This document shows positions 1 through 10,732 of a stretch of DNA of 64,000 nucleotides, one piece after another. Origin of the DNA: an uncultured Gemmatimonadales bacterium (GTDB lineage: Bacteria > Gemmatimonadota > Gemmatimonadetes > Gemmatimonadales > GWC2-71-9); assembly GCA_963695555.1 (NCBI GenBank), contig CAVOGR010000001.1, positions 992,001 through 1,056,000 of the forward strand. The letters are read 5' to 3'. Every line of letters begins with the position of its first letter. Position 1 is the stretch's first letter. Position numbers and translations under genes: made by a program. The notes beneath the pieces are model-generated. The model ran no database searches and was not told where the DNA came from. It was given only the letters and a program-made list of their open reading frames with translations.

Positions 1-36
1 GAGCGGCTCGGTCCCGGGCGCGGTGGGAGGCCGGCC

Positions 37-1974
37 GTGAGTATTCGGTTGACCCTTCCGGACGGCAGCGTTCGCGAGGTGCCGCAGGGGACGACACCGG
101 CCGAGGTAGCCCGGCAGATTGGCGCGGGGCTCGCCAAGGCCGCGATCGCGGCGCGAGTCAATGGGACGGTGTGGGACCTCCATCGGCCACTCGAGGGAGA
201 TGCGGAGTTTGCCATCCTCACGGATCGTGATCCCGCTGCCCTCGAGGTGCTGCGTCACTCCTCGGCCCACATTCTGGCCACCGCGGTTCGCGAGATCTTT
301 CCGGAGGCCGGCATCGGGTTCGGACCGCCGATCGAGGACGGCTTCTACTACGACTTCGACGTTCCGCGTCCCTTCACGCCGGAGGATCTCGCCGAAATCG
401 AATCACGCATGCGTGGGGTGGTCGCGCGCGACGACACCTTCCTGCGGGAAGTCGTCGATCGGGAGACGGCCAACGCCCGATTCGCAGACGACGCCCTGAA
501 ACTGGAGCGGATCGAAGAACTCGGGGACGACGAGGTGATCTCGATCTATACCGATGGCCCGTTCACGGATCTGTGCCGCGGCCCGCACATCCCGAGTACC
601 GGCCGAGTCAAGCATTTCAAGCTGCTGCACGCCGCCGCCGCATACTGGCGCGGTGATGAGCGCCGCCAGTCGCTCCAGCGCATCTACGGGACGGCGTGGT
701 TCACCAAGGAGGATCTGGAGGGCTATCTCCACCGCTTGGAGGAGGCCAAGAAACGGGACCACCGGGTGCTCGGGCGTCAGCTCGACCTGTATTCGATCCA
801 GGAAGAGGTTGGCCCGGGGCTCGTGTTCTGGCACCCCAAGGGAGCAATGGTGAAGTGGTTGCTGTCGCGCGCGGTTGAGGATGACAACCTCGCGGCGGGC
901 TATGAGCTCGTATACACGCCCAACATCACACGCGAGGATCTGTTCCGGATCTCCGGCCATCTGCCGCTCTACGAGGCCCAGCAGTATCCGGCCATGGGGG
1001 CCGGGCACGAAGAAGCCGAGCATGTGCACTATCGGGTCAAGCCCATGAACTGCCCCATGCACACGCTCATTTACGCGTCGAAGCAGCGGAGCTACCGCGA
1101 TCTGCCCGTGCGGCTGTCGGAAGTGGCCAACGTGTATCGCAACGAGCGGTCGGGAACGTTGCACGGGCTCTTGCGCGTGCGGGGCCTGTGCATGGACGAT
1201 GCCCACATTTTCTGCACGCCGGAGCAGGCGGAAGATGAAATCTTCCTCTGTCTCGACCAGGTCGACCGCATGATCCGGCGCACGTTCGGGTTCACCCTCG
1301 ATTTCGAGGTGTCGACTCGGCCGGAAGAAAAGTTGGGTGAGGACGCCGCATGGGACCAGGCGGAAGCCATCCTGAAGCGCGCGCTCGAGCGCAAGGAGAT
1401 CCCCTATACGATCGACGAAGGCGGCGGTGCGTTCTACGGCCCCAAAATCGATATCAAGTTCCTGGACGCCATCGGCCGTGCCTGGCAGGGGCCGACCATC
1501 CAGCTGGACTTCCAGCTCCCCGAACGGTTCGAGCTGGAGTACATCGGATCCGATAATCAGCCCCACCGGCCCATCATGATCCACCGCGCGATCTACGGCA
1601 CGCTCGAGCGGTTCATTGGAACCCTGATCGAGCACTTCGCCGGGGCATTTCCGGTCTGGCTCGCGCCGGAACAAGTGCGGGTGATCCCCATTTCGGATGG
1701 TCAGGCAGACGGCGCTCGGCGCGTGTCGGAGGCGCTGCGTGCCGCCGGCCTCCGGGTGTATCTGGACGACCGGCCGGAGACGTTGAATTACCGCATTCGC
1801 GAGGGTGAAGTCGCCAAGGTCCCCTACATGGCGGTCATCGGCCAGCGGGAGATGGATGCCGGCAGCGTGGCCGTGCGGGTCCGGGGTGCCGGGAAGAAGC
1901 AGGAAATCATCGCGCTCGACGCCTTCGTCGCCCGGGTGACGGACCAGGTCCGCTCCCGCGCCTTGGAGCCCTAG
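37..1974 (+). CDS. thrS: Threonine--tRNA ligase
   Basis: N-terminal TGS domain, editing motifs RHSSAH and DLCRGPH, KPMNCP, DDAH, AFYGPKID, HRAIYG; GTG start after GGGAGG. Confidence 0.98.
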   Translation: MSIRLTLPDGSVREVPQGTTPAEVARQIGAGLAKAAIAARVNGTVWDLHRPLEGDAEFAILTDRDPAALEVLRHSSAHILATAVREIFPEAGIGFGPPIEDGFYYDFDVPRPFTPEDLAEIESRMRGVVARDDTFLREVVDRETANARFADDALKLERIEELGDDEVISIYTDGPFTDLCRGPHIPSTGRVKHFKLLHAAAAYWRGDERRQSLQRIYGTAWFTKEDLEGYLHRLEEAKKRDHRVLGRQLDLYSIQEEVGPGLVFWHPKGAMVKWLLSRAVEDDNLAAGYELVYTPNITREDLFRISGHLPLYEAQQYPAMGAGHEEAEHVHYRVKPMNCPMHTLIYASKQRSYRDLPVRLSEVANVYRNERSGTLHGLLRVRGLCMDDAHIFCTPEQAEDEIFLCLDQVDRMIRRTFGFTLDFEVSTRPEEKLGEDAAWDQAEAILKRALERKEIPYTIDEGGGAFYGPKIDIKFLDAIGRAWQGPTIQLDFQLPERFELEYIGSDNQPHRPIMIHRAIYGTLERFIGTLIEHFAGAFPVWLAPEQVRVIPISDGQADGARRVSEALRAAGLRVYLDDRPETLNYRIREGEVAKVPYMAVIGQREMDAGSVAVRVRGAGKKQEIIALDAFVARVTDQVRSRALEP

Positions 1975-1993
1975 CGAGCGCCTCGGGCCTTGC

Positions 1994-2022
1994 TTGAACC
2001 GAGCCCCGGAGCGGGCTACCAT
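1994..2022 (+). promoter_or_regulatory. Putative sigma70 promoter for the thiolase operon
   Basis: TTGAAC-17 nt-TACCAT in the thrS-thiolase gap. Confidence 0.5.
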
Positions 2023-2097
2023 TCAGGGCCTGCCGTCCCCCCGGGCGGGCTGTTCCCAGACCCAGCACATAGTGAACCCGGTGGAAGGCAGGTCCCC

Positions 2098-3285
2098 GTG
2101 AGCGACGCGACAACAGCGGTTCTCCTGGCTGCCGTTCGGACCCCAGTGGGACGATACCTGGGCGGCCTCTCCTCATTCAGCGCACCCCAACTCGGCAGCA
2201 TGGTCATTCGGGAGGCAGTGGCCCGGGCCGGCCTCGACGGCTCGGTCATCGACGAGGTCATCATGGGCCACGTGCTGCAAGGCGGCAGCGGTCAGGCCCC
2301 CGCACGGCAGGCCATGATTCACGCCGGCCTGCCGGGCACCATCCCGGCACTCACGATCAACAAGGTCTGCGGGTCCGGACTCAAGGCCGTGATGCTGGCC
2401 GCGCAGGCCATCCGCGCGGGCGACGCGCAATGCATCGTCGCGGGAGGGCAAGAGGCCATGTCGGCCTCGCCCCACTACCTCTACGGCATGCGTGGCGGCA
2501 TCAAGGCCGGCAATCAGACCCTCGTGGATGGGATGATCCATGATGGGCTGTGGGATTCCTTTGGCGACAACCACATGGGGTCCTACGCCGAGTACACCGC
2601 CCGCAAGGCCTCGATCAGCCGCGCCGACCAGGATGAGTTCGCCTACCACAGCCATCGCAAAGCCATTGCCGCGATGGAAGCGGGGAAGTTCGAGGCGGAA
2701 ATCCTTCCAGTGGAAATTGCAGGCAAGAAGGGCACCACGGTGGTGTCCGCGGATGAAAGCCCGCGCAAAGAGACGTCGATCGAGGCGCTGGCCAAGCTCA
2801 AGCCGGCCTTTGAGAAGGACGGCACGGTCACGCCGGGTAACGCGCCGGGTCTGAACGACGGAGCCAGCGCCCTGGTCGTGACCTCGCTTGCATTTGCGAA
2901 GGCGCACGGTCTGACTCCGCTGGCTACAGTGACCGGATACGCGACCGGCGGCGGGGAACCAAAGGAGCTCTTCTTCGCGCCGATCGAGGCCGTGAAGAAC
3001 CTGATGGCGAAGTCGAAGACCACGATTTCGGATTACGACCTGATCGAAGCCAACGAGGCGTTCGCCGTGCAGGCGCTGGCCGACGGCCGCGCGCTGGGAT
3101 GGGATTGGGACCGGGTGAATGTGCACGGCGGCGCGGTTGCCCTGGGCCATCCCATCGGGGCGAGCGGCGCGCGCGTGCTTACCACTCTGTTGTACGCCAT
3201 GCAGGACCGGGGCGCCGCGACGGGCCTGGCCACCTTGTGTCTCGGTGGCGGCAACGCAGTTGCCTTGAGCGTTCAGCGATCTTAA
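2098..3285 (+). CDS. Acetyl-CoA C-acetyltransferase (thiolase)
   Basis: [26 protein letters not shown] motifs; GTG 2098 preferred over the track start at 1990. Confidence 0.95.
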   Translation: MSDATTAVLLAAVRTPVGRYLGGLSSFSAPQLGSMVIREAVARAGLDGSVIDEVIMGHVLQGGSGQAPARQAMIHAGLPGTIPALTINKVCGSGLKAVMLAAQAIRAGDAQCIVAGGQEAMSASPHYLYGMRGGIKAGNQTLVDGMIHDGLWDSFGDNHMGSYAEYTARKASISRADQDEFAYHSHRKAIAAMEAGKFEAEILPVEIAGKKGTTVVSADESPRKETSIEALAKLKPAFEKDGTVTPGNAPGLNDGASALVVTSLAFAKAHGLTPLATVTGYATGGGEPKELFFAPIEAVKNLMAKSKTTISDYDLIEANEAFAVQALADGRALGWDWDRVNVHGGAVALGHPIGASGARVLTTLLYAMQDRGAATGLATLCLGGGNAVALSVQRS

Positions 3286-3300
3286 CCGACCGAGGAGTCG

Positions 3301-3876
3301 ATGGCATACCTGGAAAGCGCTAGTCACACGGCCGGTCGGACACCGGCTCTCACGCTACGGTGGGGCCTCGCCCTGGTCGTGGCGGCAGTGGTGGTGGCCC
3401 TGGCCGCTCGCATCGCGGTGCCGGTGCCCGGAACGCCGGTCCCGATGGCGCTGTCGCCGCTCGCGGTCCTAGTCGTCGGTGGTATCCTCGGCGCGCGCGG
3501 CGGGGCCGGCGCGCTGGCCGGCTACGTTGGGGCGGGCGCGACCGGTCTGCCCGTGTTCGCGGCCGGCGGCGGAGCGGCCTATCTCCTCGGACCTACCGGA
3601 GGGTATGTGCTTGCGTTCCCGATTGCCGCGGCAATCGTTGGGGCCCTCGCCGCGCCAGGCCGATTGGGGCGCTCGACCCTTGCGGCGGCTGCCGGGATGG
3701 CCGTGATCCACCTGGGCGGCATCGCCCAACTGACGATCCTCGGCGGCGATGTGGCCCAGGCGTGGCGCTGGGGTTCACTACCGTTTCTTCTCGGAGATGT
3801 GCTCAAGATCGCGATCGCGGGCGTCCTCATCGCTCGGGTGATGCCTTCGGTCCGCTCGTATCTCGCCGCTCGGTGA
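3301..3876 (+). CDS. bioY: Biotin transporter BioY
   Basis: PVP-x-L, GLPVFA, GPTGGY, PFLLGD-x-K; hydrophobic; GAGGAG RBS. Confidence 0.9.
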   Translation: MAYLESASHTAGRTPALTLRWGLALVVAAVVVALAARIAVPVPGTPVPMALSPLAVLVVGGILGARGGAGALAGYVGAGATGLPVFAAGGGAAYLLGPTGGYVLAFPIAAAIVGALAAPGRLGRSTLAAAAGMAVIHLGGIAQLTILGGDVAQAWRWGSLPFLLGDVLKIAIAGVLIARVMPSVRSYLAAR

Positions 3877-3886
3877 GGAGCTGTCC

Positions 3887-4759
3887 GTGGCGACCAACCA
3901 GGCGCACCCCGTGAAGGCGCTTGCGTGGGCGGTGGGGTTTCTGGTGGTCGCCTTCGTGCTTGCGATGGCCCTGGCGGGGCTCAGCGCCGCCGCGATGATT
4001 GGCGGACTCCAGTCCGGGTCTGAATGGCTTCGGGTCTCGGGCCCCGCGCAGATCCTGCTGCAGGGCATTTCGTTGACCGCGGGCGCGCTCCTGGCCACGT
4101 ACGTGATCGGGGTCAGGGTCCTCGGCATGGATCTCGAGACGCTGCGGTGGCGGGGCGCCGATTGGAGTGCGCGGCCCGTGCGGTGGGGGCTCGCGTTAGG
4201 GGTAGCCGCCGCGGCCCTGACGGTGCTGCTTTCGGTCGCGGTGGGACGCGCACGGTGGGTCGATGACGGCGGGACGCTCATGCAGTTCATGACGCGCGCG
4301 ATCGAGACGCTCGTGGTGCTCGCTCCCGCCGCGTTGAGCGAGGAGCTCATCTTCCGCGGCGTGCCGCTCGTCCTGGCGTCGAAGCTCTTCGGACGCGCGC
4401 CGGCCGTGATCCTGATGGCGATTATCTTCGGCTTGGCCCACGCCCTCAACCCAAACGTCACTCCCCAAGGGGTGGCCAACGTGGTGCTGGCCGGTCTGTT
4501 TCTGGGCACGGCCTTTTATTGTCCCGGCGGGCTCTGGACTGCGTTCGCAGCCCACCTCGGGTGGAATGTTACCTTAGCCGTGTCTGGGGCGGCGGTGAGC
4601 GGAGTGCCGTTCGACATTCCTGCGGTAGACTTCCACCCGGGAGGGCCGGGCTGGCTCACCGGCGGCAGCTTCGGACCGGAAGGCGGGTTGCTGGCGACCC
4701 TCGCCCTCGGGGCGGGGACGCTGATTGCGGTCCGCTGGGCACGAAAGGACACGGTATGA
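3887..4759 (+). CDS. CPBP (CAAX/Abi) family intramembrane metalloprotease
   Basis: EELIFRG, FGLAH, HLGWN, GGSFGPEGG; multiple TM helices. Confidence 0.9.
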   Translation: MATNQAHPVKALAWAVGFLVVAFVLAMALAGLSAAAMIGGLQSGSEWLRVSGPAQILLQGISLTAGALLATYVIGVRVLGMDLETLRWRGADWSARPVRWGLALGVAAAALTVLLSVAVGRARWVDDGGTLMQFMTRAIETLVVLAPAALSEELIFRGVPLVLASKLFGRAPAVILMAIIFGLAHALNPNVTPQGVANVVLAGLFLGTAFYCPGGLWTAFAAHLGWNVTLAVSGAAVSGVPFDIPAVDFHPGGPGWLTGGSFGPEGGLLATLALGAGTLIAVRWARKDTV

Positions 4760-5610
4760 CACGGGCAGCGGTGGTAGGGGCCGGCACAATGGGGAATGGC
4801 ATCGCTCATGTCTTCGCGCTGAGCGGATGGGACGTGCAGCTGGTGGACGTTGACCAAGGCGCGCTCGACGCTGCAATCGCCACGATACGGAAGAACCTGG
4901 ACCGGCAAGTGCAGAAGGGGAAGGTGGCCGCGGAGGATGCAAAAGCGGCCCTCGGCCGGATCAGTCCTTCGCTCGAGATCGGCGCGGTCGCGGGAAGCGC
5001 CATCGTGATCGAGGCGGCGAGCGAGAATCCGGACGTCAAATTCTCGCTCTTTTCGTCCATGGATGCCCACGCAGGACCGGACGCGGTGCTGGCGACGAAT
5101 ACCAGCTCCATTTCGATCACCGAGATCGCGGCGCATACGCATCGCCCCGACAAAGTGATCGGCATGCATTTCATGAACCCCGTGCCGGTCATGCAGTTGG
5201 TGGAGGTGATTCGAGGTCACGCAACCAGCGATGCCACCGCCGCGCGGGTGATGGACTTGGCGCGCGACCTGGGCAAGACGCCGGTCGAGGTCAACGACTA
5301 TCCAGGCTTCGTGTCGAACCGTGTGTTGATGCCTATGATCAACGAAGCGGTGTACTGTGTAATGGAAGGCGTTGCAGCACCGGAAGCGGTAGACACGGTG
5401 ATGAAGCTTGGCATGGCCCATCCCATGGGGCCACTTGCATTGGCAGACCTGATCGGTCTCGATGTGTGCCTCGCGATTCTCGAGGTCTTACACCGTGGGC
5501 TGGGAGACGACAAGTATCGACCGTGCCCGTTGCTTCGGCGGATGGTGGCGGCCGGTGCGATCGGGCGAAAGAGTGGCCGCGGCTTTTACGAATACACGGC
5601 AACCGGCTGA
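4756..5610 (+). CDS. hbd: 3-hydroxybutyryl-CoA dehydrogenase
   Basis: GAGTMGNG, NTSS, GMHFMNP, HPMGP, GRKSGRGFY; ATG overlaps upstream TGA (ATGA). Confidence 0.93.
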   Translation: MTRAAVVGAGTMGNGIAHVFALSGWDVQLVDVDQGALDAAIATIRKNLDRQVQKGKVAAEDAKAALGRISPSLEIGAVAGSAIVIEAASENPDVKFSLFSSMDAHAGPDAVLATNTSSISITEIAAHTHRPDKVIGMHFMNPVPVMQLVEVIRGHATSDATAARVMDLARDLGKTPVEVNDYPGFVSNRVLMPMINEAVYCVMEGVAAPEAVDTVMKLGMAHPMGPLALADLIGLDVCLAILEVLHRGLGDDKYRPCPLLRRMVAAGAIGRKSGRGFYEYTATG

Positions 5611-5630
5611 CACAGGGAGCATACACCGTT

Positions 5631-6700
5631 ATGGACATGTTCGAATCCATCCAGGCCCGGAACCATGAACAGGTTGTGTTCTGCTACGAACCGTCCTGCG
5701 ACTACAAGGGCATCATAGCCATCCATGACACGACGCTCGGGCCCGCGCTCGGCGGCACCCGGTTCTGGAACTACAAGAGCACCGATGAAGCGCTGGTCGA
5801 CGTCCTTCGGTTGTCGCGAGGGATGACCTATAAGGCCGCCGTCGCCGGGCTGTCGTTGGGCGGGGGCAAAGCCGTGATCATCGGCGACAACAAGCGCAAC
5901 GACCGAGAGGCGCTGTTCCGGACCCACGGCCGCTTCGTCGAATCGCTGGGCGGCCGCTATATCACGGCGGAGGATGTCGGTACGAGCCCGGCCGATATGG
6001 ACTTCGTGCATTTCGAGACGAATCACGTGACCGGTCTTCAAGGCCTCTCGGGCGATCCTTCCCCGGTCACGGCCTACGGCGTCTATGTCGGAATCAAGGC
6101 CGCTGCCAAGAAACACTGGGGATCGGACAGCCTCGCCAAGCGCGTGGTCGCCATCCAAGGGTGCGGCAACGTCGGACGGTGGCTGGCGTCCTACCTTCAC
6201 GAAGAGGGAACGAAGCTCATCGTGAGCGATGTCGATGACAGCAAGGTCAAACGGCTGGTCGATGCGACCGGGGCAACCGCGGTTGCCCCCGAGGCAATTT
6301 ACGATCAGCAAGCCGATGTCTTTGCTCCCTGCGCACTTGGCGCCATCGTCAACGACAACACGATTCCCCGGTTCAAAGTCGAGATCATCGCGGGCGGTGC
6401 CAACAACCAGCTGGCCGAGGCGCGGCACGGCGCCGAGCTGGAGGCGCGGAACATCTCCTATGCCCCGGACTATGTGATCAACGGTGGCGGGTTGATCAAT
6501 GTATGGGGAGAGATCAATAAGTGGTCCTCGGAGCGATCGAAAAAGAAGGCTGCCGAGATCTACGACGCGATCCTGAAGATCTTTGCGATCGCGGAGCGGG
6601 AAGGTATCCCGTCTAATGAGGCGGCCGATCGCTGGCGGAGGAGCGCGTCCTCGCGGTCCGGGCCATGTCGAAGATGTGGCTGCCCCGCGCGCGACGATAA
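5631..6700 (+). CDS. Leucine/valine (Glu/Leu/Phe/Val) dehydrogenase, apparent 1-nt deletion near 6632
   Basis: GPALGGTR, GGGKAV, TAEDVG, GDPSPVTA, GGANNQL; adding one base at about 6632 restores DRLAEERV...RR and a TAA at 6698-6700, removing the overlap with rpiB. Confidence 0.9.
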
Positions 6701-6727
6701 CAGCACCGTAGTCGTATATTGCCATCC

Positions 6728-7165
6728 ATGGGCGAGACGATTCCAATTGGTGCGGATCATGCCGGGTACGCGCTCAAGACGAGGCTCCTGGCCGAGCTCC
6801 GGACTTTGGGGTTCGAGCCGCTCGATCTCGGCGTCTACAACGCCGACGCGGCCGATTACCCGGAGTTCGCTCATGCGGTCGCAAGCCGAGTAGAACGGGG
6901 AGAGGCCAAGCGGGGGGTCCTCCTCTGCGGGACCGGGCTCGGGATGTCCTACGCGGCCAACCGCCACCACGGGGTTCGCGCTGCGGTCACATGGAATGCG
7001 GACATTGCCAGGCTGGCCCGCCAGCACAATGATGCCAACGTCCTGATCCTGCCGGCCCGGTTCGTCAGCGAGGAGGAAGGGGTGGAGATCTTGCACGCAT
7101 GGCTAACAACGCCGTTTGAAGGCGGCAGACACGAGCGCCGCGTGCGCGAGATTGATCAGGAGTGA
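6728..7165 (+). CDS. rpiB: Ribose-5-phosphate isomerase B
   Basis: GADHAG, DYP, CGTGLGMS, HNDANVL, FEGGRH. Confidence 0.95.
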   Translation: MGETIPIGADHAGYALKTRLLAELRTLGFEPLDLGVYNADAADYPEFAHAVASRVERGEAKRGVLLCGTGLGMSYAANRHHGVRAAVTWNADIARLARQHNDANVLILPARFVSEEEGVEILHAWLTTPFEGGRHERRVREIDQE

Positions 7166-7173
7166 GCTGAGCC

Positions 7174-8442
7174 ATGACCCTTGACCACAGCGCTCCCTTG
7201 AGGGATGTCGATCCCGACATCGCCGATTTGATCGAGCGCGAGCTTCGGCGGGAGCAAGAAGGCCTGGAGCTGATCGCCAGCGAGAACTTCGCCAGCCGGG
7301 CCGTGCTCGAAGCCTCGGGCACTCTCCTCACCAACAAGTACGCCGAGGGATACCCCTCGAAGCGCTACTATGGCGGCTGCGAGATCGTCGATCAGATCGA
7401 GCAGCTGGCCATCGATCGGGTGAAGCGACTCTTCGGCGCCGAGCATGCGAATGTGCAACCCCACTCGGGCGCGCAGGCCAACTTCGCCGCCTTCATGGCC
7501 CTCATCGAGCCCGGCGAGTTGCTCCTGGCCATGTCGCTGCCGCATGGGGGGCACTTGTCTCACGGGCATCCCGTCAACCACAGCGGCAAAATCTGGCGCG
7601 CGGTCCATTATGGGGTGAACACGGCTACCGGTCGGATCGACTACGACCAGGTGCGAGATCTGGCCCGGCGCGAGCGGCCGCGGTTGATCGTCGCCGGGGG
7701 CAGCGCCTATTCGCGCATCATCGATTTCGAGGTGTTCCGGGAAATCGCGGATGAAATAGAGGCGGTCCTGCTAGTCGACATGGCCCACTTCTCCGGACTC
7801 GTGGCCGGCGGTGCTCACCCGTCTCCCATTCCCCATGCCGAAGTGGTCACCAGCACGACGCACAAGACACTGCGCGGCCCTCGGTCCGGCATCATTCTCT
7901 GCCGGAAGGAATTTGCCAAGGCCATCGACCGATCGGTGTTTCCGGGCACACAGGGCGGCCCGATGCAGCACGTCATTGCCGCCAAGGCGGTGGCGTTTGC
8001 CGAGGCACTGACCTCCGACTTCCAGGCGTATGCCCGGGCGGTCGTGGACAACGCCCAGAAACTCGCGGCCGAGCTGGCCGGCCGCGGCTACGTGATCGTG
8101 TCGGGCGGGACCGACACCCACCTCATGTTGGTCGACCTGCGCCCGAAGGGGCTGACCGGAAAAGACGCGGAGGCCATCCTCGGTCGAGCAGCGATCACCG
8201 TCAACAAGAACACCATTCCCGACGATCCTCAGTCCCCGTTTGTTACCAGCGGAATCAGGCTCGGCACCCCGGCGCTGACCACGCGCGGAATGGGGACCGA
8301 TGAAATGGTTCGCGTTGCGGACCTGATCGATCGGGCGTTGACCACTCCAGATGACGCCCAGATCGCCCAGGTGCTGGACGAAGTGCATGCGCTCACCGCG
8401 GCATTCCCGCTCTACCGCAATCGCGTCGAGGCCATCGCTTGA
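7174..8442 (+). CDS. glyA: Serine hydroxymethyltransferase
   Basis: [32 protein letters not shown]. Confidence 0.98.
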   Translation: MTLDHSAPLRDVDPDIADLIERELRREQEGLELIASENFASRAVLEASGTLLTNKYAEGYPSKRYYGGCEIVDQIEQLAIDRVKRLFGAEHANVQPHSGAQANFAAFMALIEPGELLLAMSLPHGGHLSHGHPVNHSGKIWRAVHYGVNTATGRIDYDQVRDLARRERPRLIVAGGSAYSRIIDFEVFREIADEIEAVLLVDMAHFSGLVAGGAHPSPIPHAEVVTSTTHKTLRGPRSGIILCRKEFAKAIDRSVFPGTQGGPMQHVIAAKAVAFAEALTSDFQAYARAVVDNAQKLAAELAGRGYVIVSGGTDTHLMLVDLRPKGLTGKDAEAILGRAAITVNKNTIPDDPQSPFVTSGIRLGTPALTTRGMGTDEMVRVADLIDRALTTPDDAQIAQVLDEVHALTAAFPLYRNRVEAIA

Positions 8443-8468
8443 CCTCAGTGGCCACAGCGCCCTAGCTT
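8439..8468 (+). promoter_or_regulatory. Putative sigma70 promoter overlapping the glyA stop
   Basis: TTGACC-18 nt-TAGCTT; same hexamers as the eno promoter. Confidence 0.5.
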
Positions 8469-8501
8469 CGCTGCAAGTACGTCGCTTCCCATGGAGGTCC
8501 T

Positions 8502-8888
8502 GTGATAGGTTTGCAATTGGCCGACGACATCCTGACCCAGATACGTGAGCGGGGTGGTCGCTTCCATGAGCAGGCCTATCTCTTCATGCTCGAGGCGATC
8601 GAATATCTCCAGCACCAGCTGCCCGCTCGGCGCCACGTGAGCGGGACCGAGCTGTCCTGGGCCTGCCGGGACTACGCCTTGGAACAATTCGGGTTGCTGG
8701 CCCCCCACGTGTTGGAATACTGGGGCGTCGACAAGACGGTAGATTTTGGTGAAATCGTGTTTACCCTCGTCGAGGTCGGTCTCCTAGTCACACAGCCGGG
8801 AGATCAAATCGATGACTTCGCTGATGTGTACCAGTTCGACGAGGCGTTCCGCTCGGCTCACGTCTGGCAGCAAGTGCCGCGGGGTTGA
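8502..8888 (+). CDS. Conserved hypothetical protein (Minf_1886-like)
   Basis: AY-F-x-EA, RHVSG-x-EL, FG-x-LA-x-x-VL-x-x-WG, DFGEIVF pattern; GGAGG RBS. Confidence 0.75.
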   Translation: MIGLQLADDILTQIRERGGRFHEQAYLFMLEAIEYLQHQLPARRHVSGTELSWACRDYALEQFGLLAPHVLEYWGVDKTVDFGEIVFTLVEVGLLVTQPGDQIDDFADVYQFDEAFRSAHVWQQVPRG

Positions 8889-8920
8889 GCGCCAGCATCG
8901 GTTTGGATCCGGGAGGAGGC

Positions 8921-9115
8921 ATGGAGGGACGAGACTGGCCGGCGTGCCAGAAATGCTCGAACGGTAGGTTGATTCCCCTGTCGGATTATGGTCGCGATGG
9001 GGCACCGATCACCTACAAGGCGTGGGTCTGTACCAATCCGGACTGCGGGTTCAACCTCCGAATCGATAACGGCGAGATTTCCCTCGGCCGAGTCATCGGA
9101 CAGAGTTACAAGTAG
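8921..9115 (+). CDS. Small zinc-ribbon protein (64 aa)
   Basis: GGAGGAGG RBS before ATG 8921; CQKC and CTNPDC cysteine pairs. Confidence 0.75.
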   Translation: MEGRDWPACQKCSNGRLIPLSDYGRDGAPITYKAWVCTNPDCGFNLRIDNGEISLGRVIGQSYK

Positions 9116-9183
9116 CTCGATGGTGACCCGCCGGCGTATGGCCGGCCGGACCACCATGAGCCCGATCACCCAGGCGCCAATCG

Positions 9184-10731
9184 ATGCTCGCCATTCCCGT
9201 TCTGTCACCCGCGGAGTCCGCTGCCTGGGACAGTGACGCCGAACGCGCCGGCATCGAACCCGTCACCCTCATGGAATGCGCAGGTCGAGCCGCCGCCGCC
9301 GTTCTCGGCGCACGGTTCGGCCCGATCATGGCCGGCGGGGTCATCGTGGCTGCCGGCACCGGAAACAACGGCGGTGACGGCTGGGTCGTCGCCCGGGCGC
9401 TCCATCGCGTTGGGATCCCGGTGTGGGTGGCGCCGCTGGCAGGGCAGGGATCCGAACTCCAGACTCGAATGGCAGGCTTGGCCCGCGCCGAGGGAGTAAG
9501 GGTCGTCGATCCCCTCGGTCCCTGGCCCGGGGTCGGGCTCGCCATCGATGCCATCCTCGGAACCGGAGCCAAGGGAAGCCCACGTCCACCCGCGGCCGAC
9601 CTGGCTGCGCGACTCCACGACCTGAACGTGCCGATCGTGGCCCTCGATGGCCCAACCGGTGTCGATCTTGCCAACGGCACGACCCACGGGCGCGCCGGCG
9701 CTGACCTGTCGATCACCTTCGGCGGACTCAGGCGCGGGCATGCACTTGCCAGGGATCAGGTGGGCGCGGTCGTCGTGGTGGACATCGGTCACCCACCGTC
9801 ACGTGCAGAATGGCCCACGGTGATGACCGACCGCGTCGCGGCCCGCCTGCTGCCGCGTCTCGAAGCCAAGGCACACAAGGGAACCCGCGGTCGAATCGTG
9901 GTGATCGGTGGCGCGGAGGGTATGTCCGGCGCGCTTCGCATGGCCGGACGGGCAGCCTTCGCGGGCGGAGCAGGATTGGTTCACGTCGTCGCTCCGGATG
10001 CCACCATTCAAATCGTGCGGGCGGCGGACCCGGATCTGCAGACGTTGGTTCACGACTTCGACGGTCAGCCCGGCGAAGCGCTCCTCTCCGTGGTCCAGGA
10101 CGCGAACGCCGTTGTGGTCGGCCCCGGGCTCGGTCGAGCGCCGGGCCGCCGCGAATTCCTCCTGCCAATCCTCGATGCCGCGTCCGCCGCCGTGATCGAT
10201 GCGGACGCCTTGATGGCCTTCGCAGGAGCGCTGCCCGAGCTCCGTCGTGCGAGCAACGGGAAGCACTTCGTGCTCACTCCCCACCCGGGAGAGTTCCGGA
10301 CGGTCTTTCCCGAATTGGCGCCCGAAATGGAGGTAGATCCCTGGGCGGCGGCCACCAAGGCCGCCCGAAGCGTCAATGCCACTGTGCTCCTCAAGGGCGT
10401 GCCCACAGTGGTGGCCCGGGAAGGCACCTCGGTCGAGACGATCGTGGCCGGGAATCCAGGCCTGGCCACTGGCGGGAGCGGTGACGTGCTGGCCGGCCTC
10501 ATCGCGACCTTCCTCGCTCAGGGACTGGAGCCCCACCACGCCGGGGCACTCGGAGCCCAAGTACTCGGGCGGAGCGCTGATCTTGCGGCCAGGAGCCAAA
10601 CCGCTCGAGCGCTTCGGCCGCTCGACGTGATCGCCGCCGTGCCGGGAGTCTGGCGTGCCTGGCGCCAGGCCCAAGAATCCGTGTCGATGGCTCCCGTGCT
10701 GTTCGAGCTCGAGCGGCCGGAGCAGACTTAG
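9184..10731 (+). CDS. nnr: Bifunctional NAD(P)H-hydrate epimerase/dehydratase
   Basis: LMECAG, GNNGGDG, HKGTRG, TPHPGE, ATGGSGDVL. Confidence 0.95.
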   Translation: MLAIPVLSPAESAAWDSDAERAGIEPVTLMECAGRAAAAVLGARFGPIMAGGVIVAAGTGNNGGDGWVVARALHRVGIPVWVAPLAGQGSELQTRMAGLARAEGVRVVDPLGPWPGVGLAIDAILGTGAKGSPRPPAADLAARLHDLNVPIVALDGPTGVDLANGTTHGRAGADLSITFGGLRRGHALARDQVGAVVVVDIGHPPSRAEWPTVMTDRVAARLLPRLEAKAHKGTRGRIVVIGGAEGMSGALRMAGRAAFAGGAGLVHVVAPDATIQIVRAADPDLQTLVHDFDGQPGEALLSVVQDANAVVVGPGLGRAPGRREFLLPILDAASAAVIDADALMAFAGALPELRRASNGKHFVLTPHPGEFRTVFPELAPEMEVDPWAAATKAARSVNATVLLKGVPTVVAREGTSVETIVAGNPGLATGGSGDVLAGLIATFLAQGLEPHHAGALGAQVLGRSADLAARSQTARALRPLDVIAAVPGVWRAWRQAQESVSMAPVLFELERPEQT

Positions 10732-10732
10732 C

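Noticed and set aside
3887..4759. Abi-family protein as phage defence
   Set aside because: It is an ordinary CPBP protease coupled within a metabolic operon
6632..6893. Cys/Arg-rich C-terminal extension of the leucine dehydrogenase overlapping rpiB
   Set aside because: Artefact of a 1-nt deletion; the shifted frame gives the normal ending and a stop at 6700
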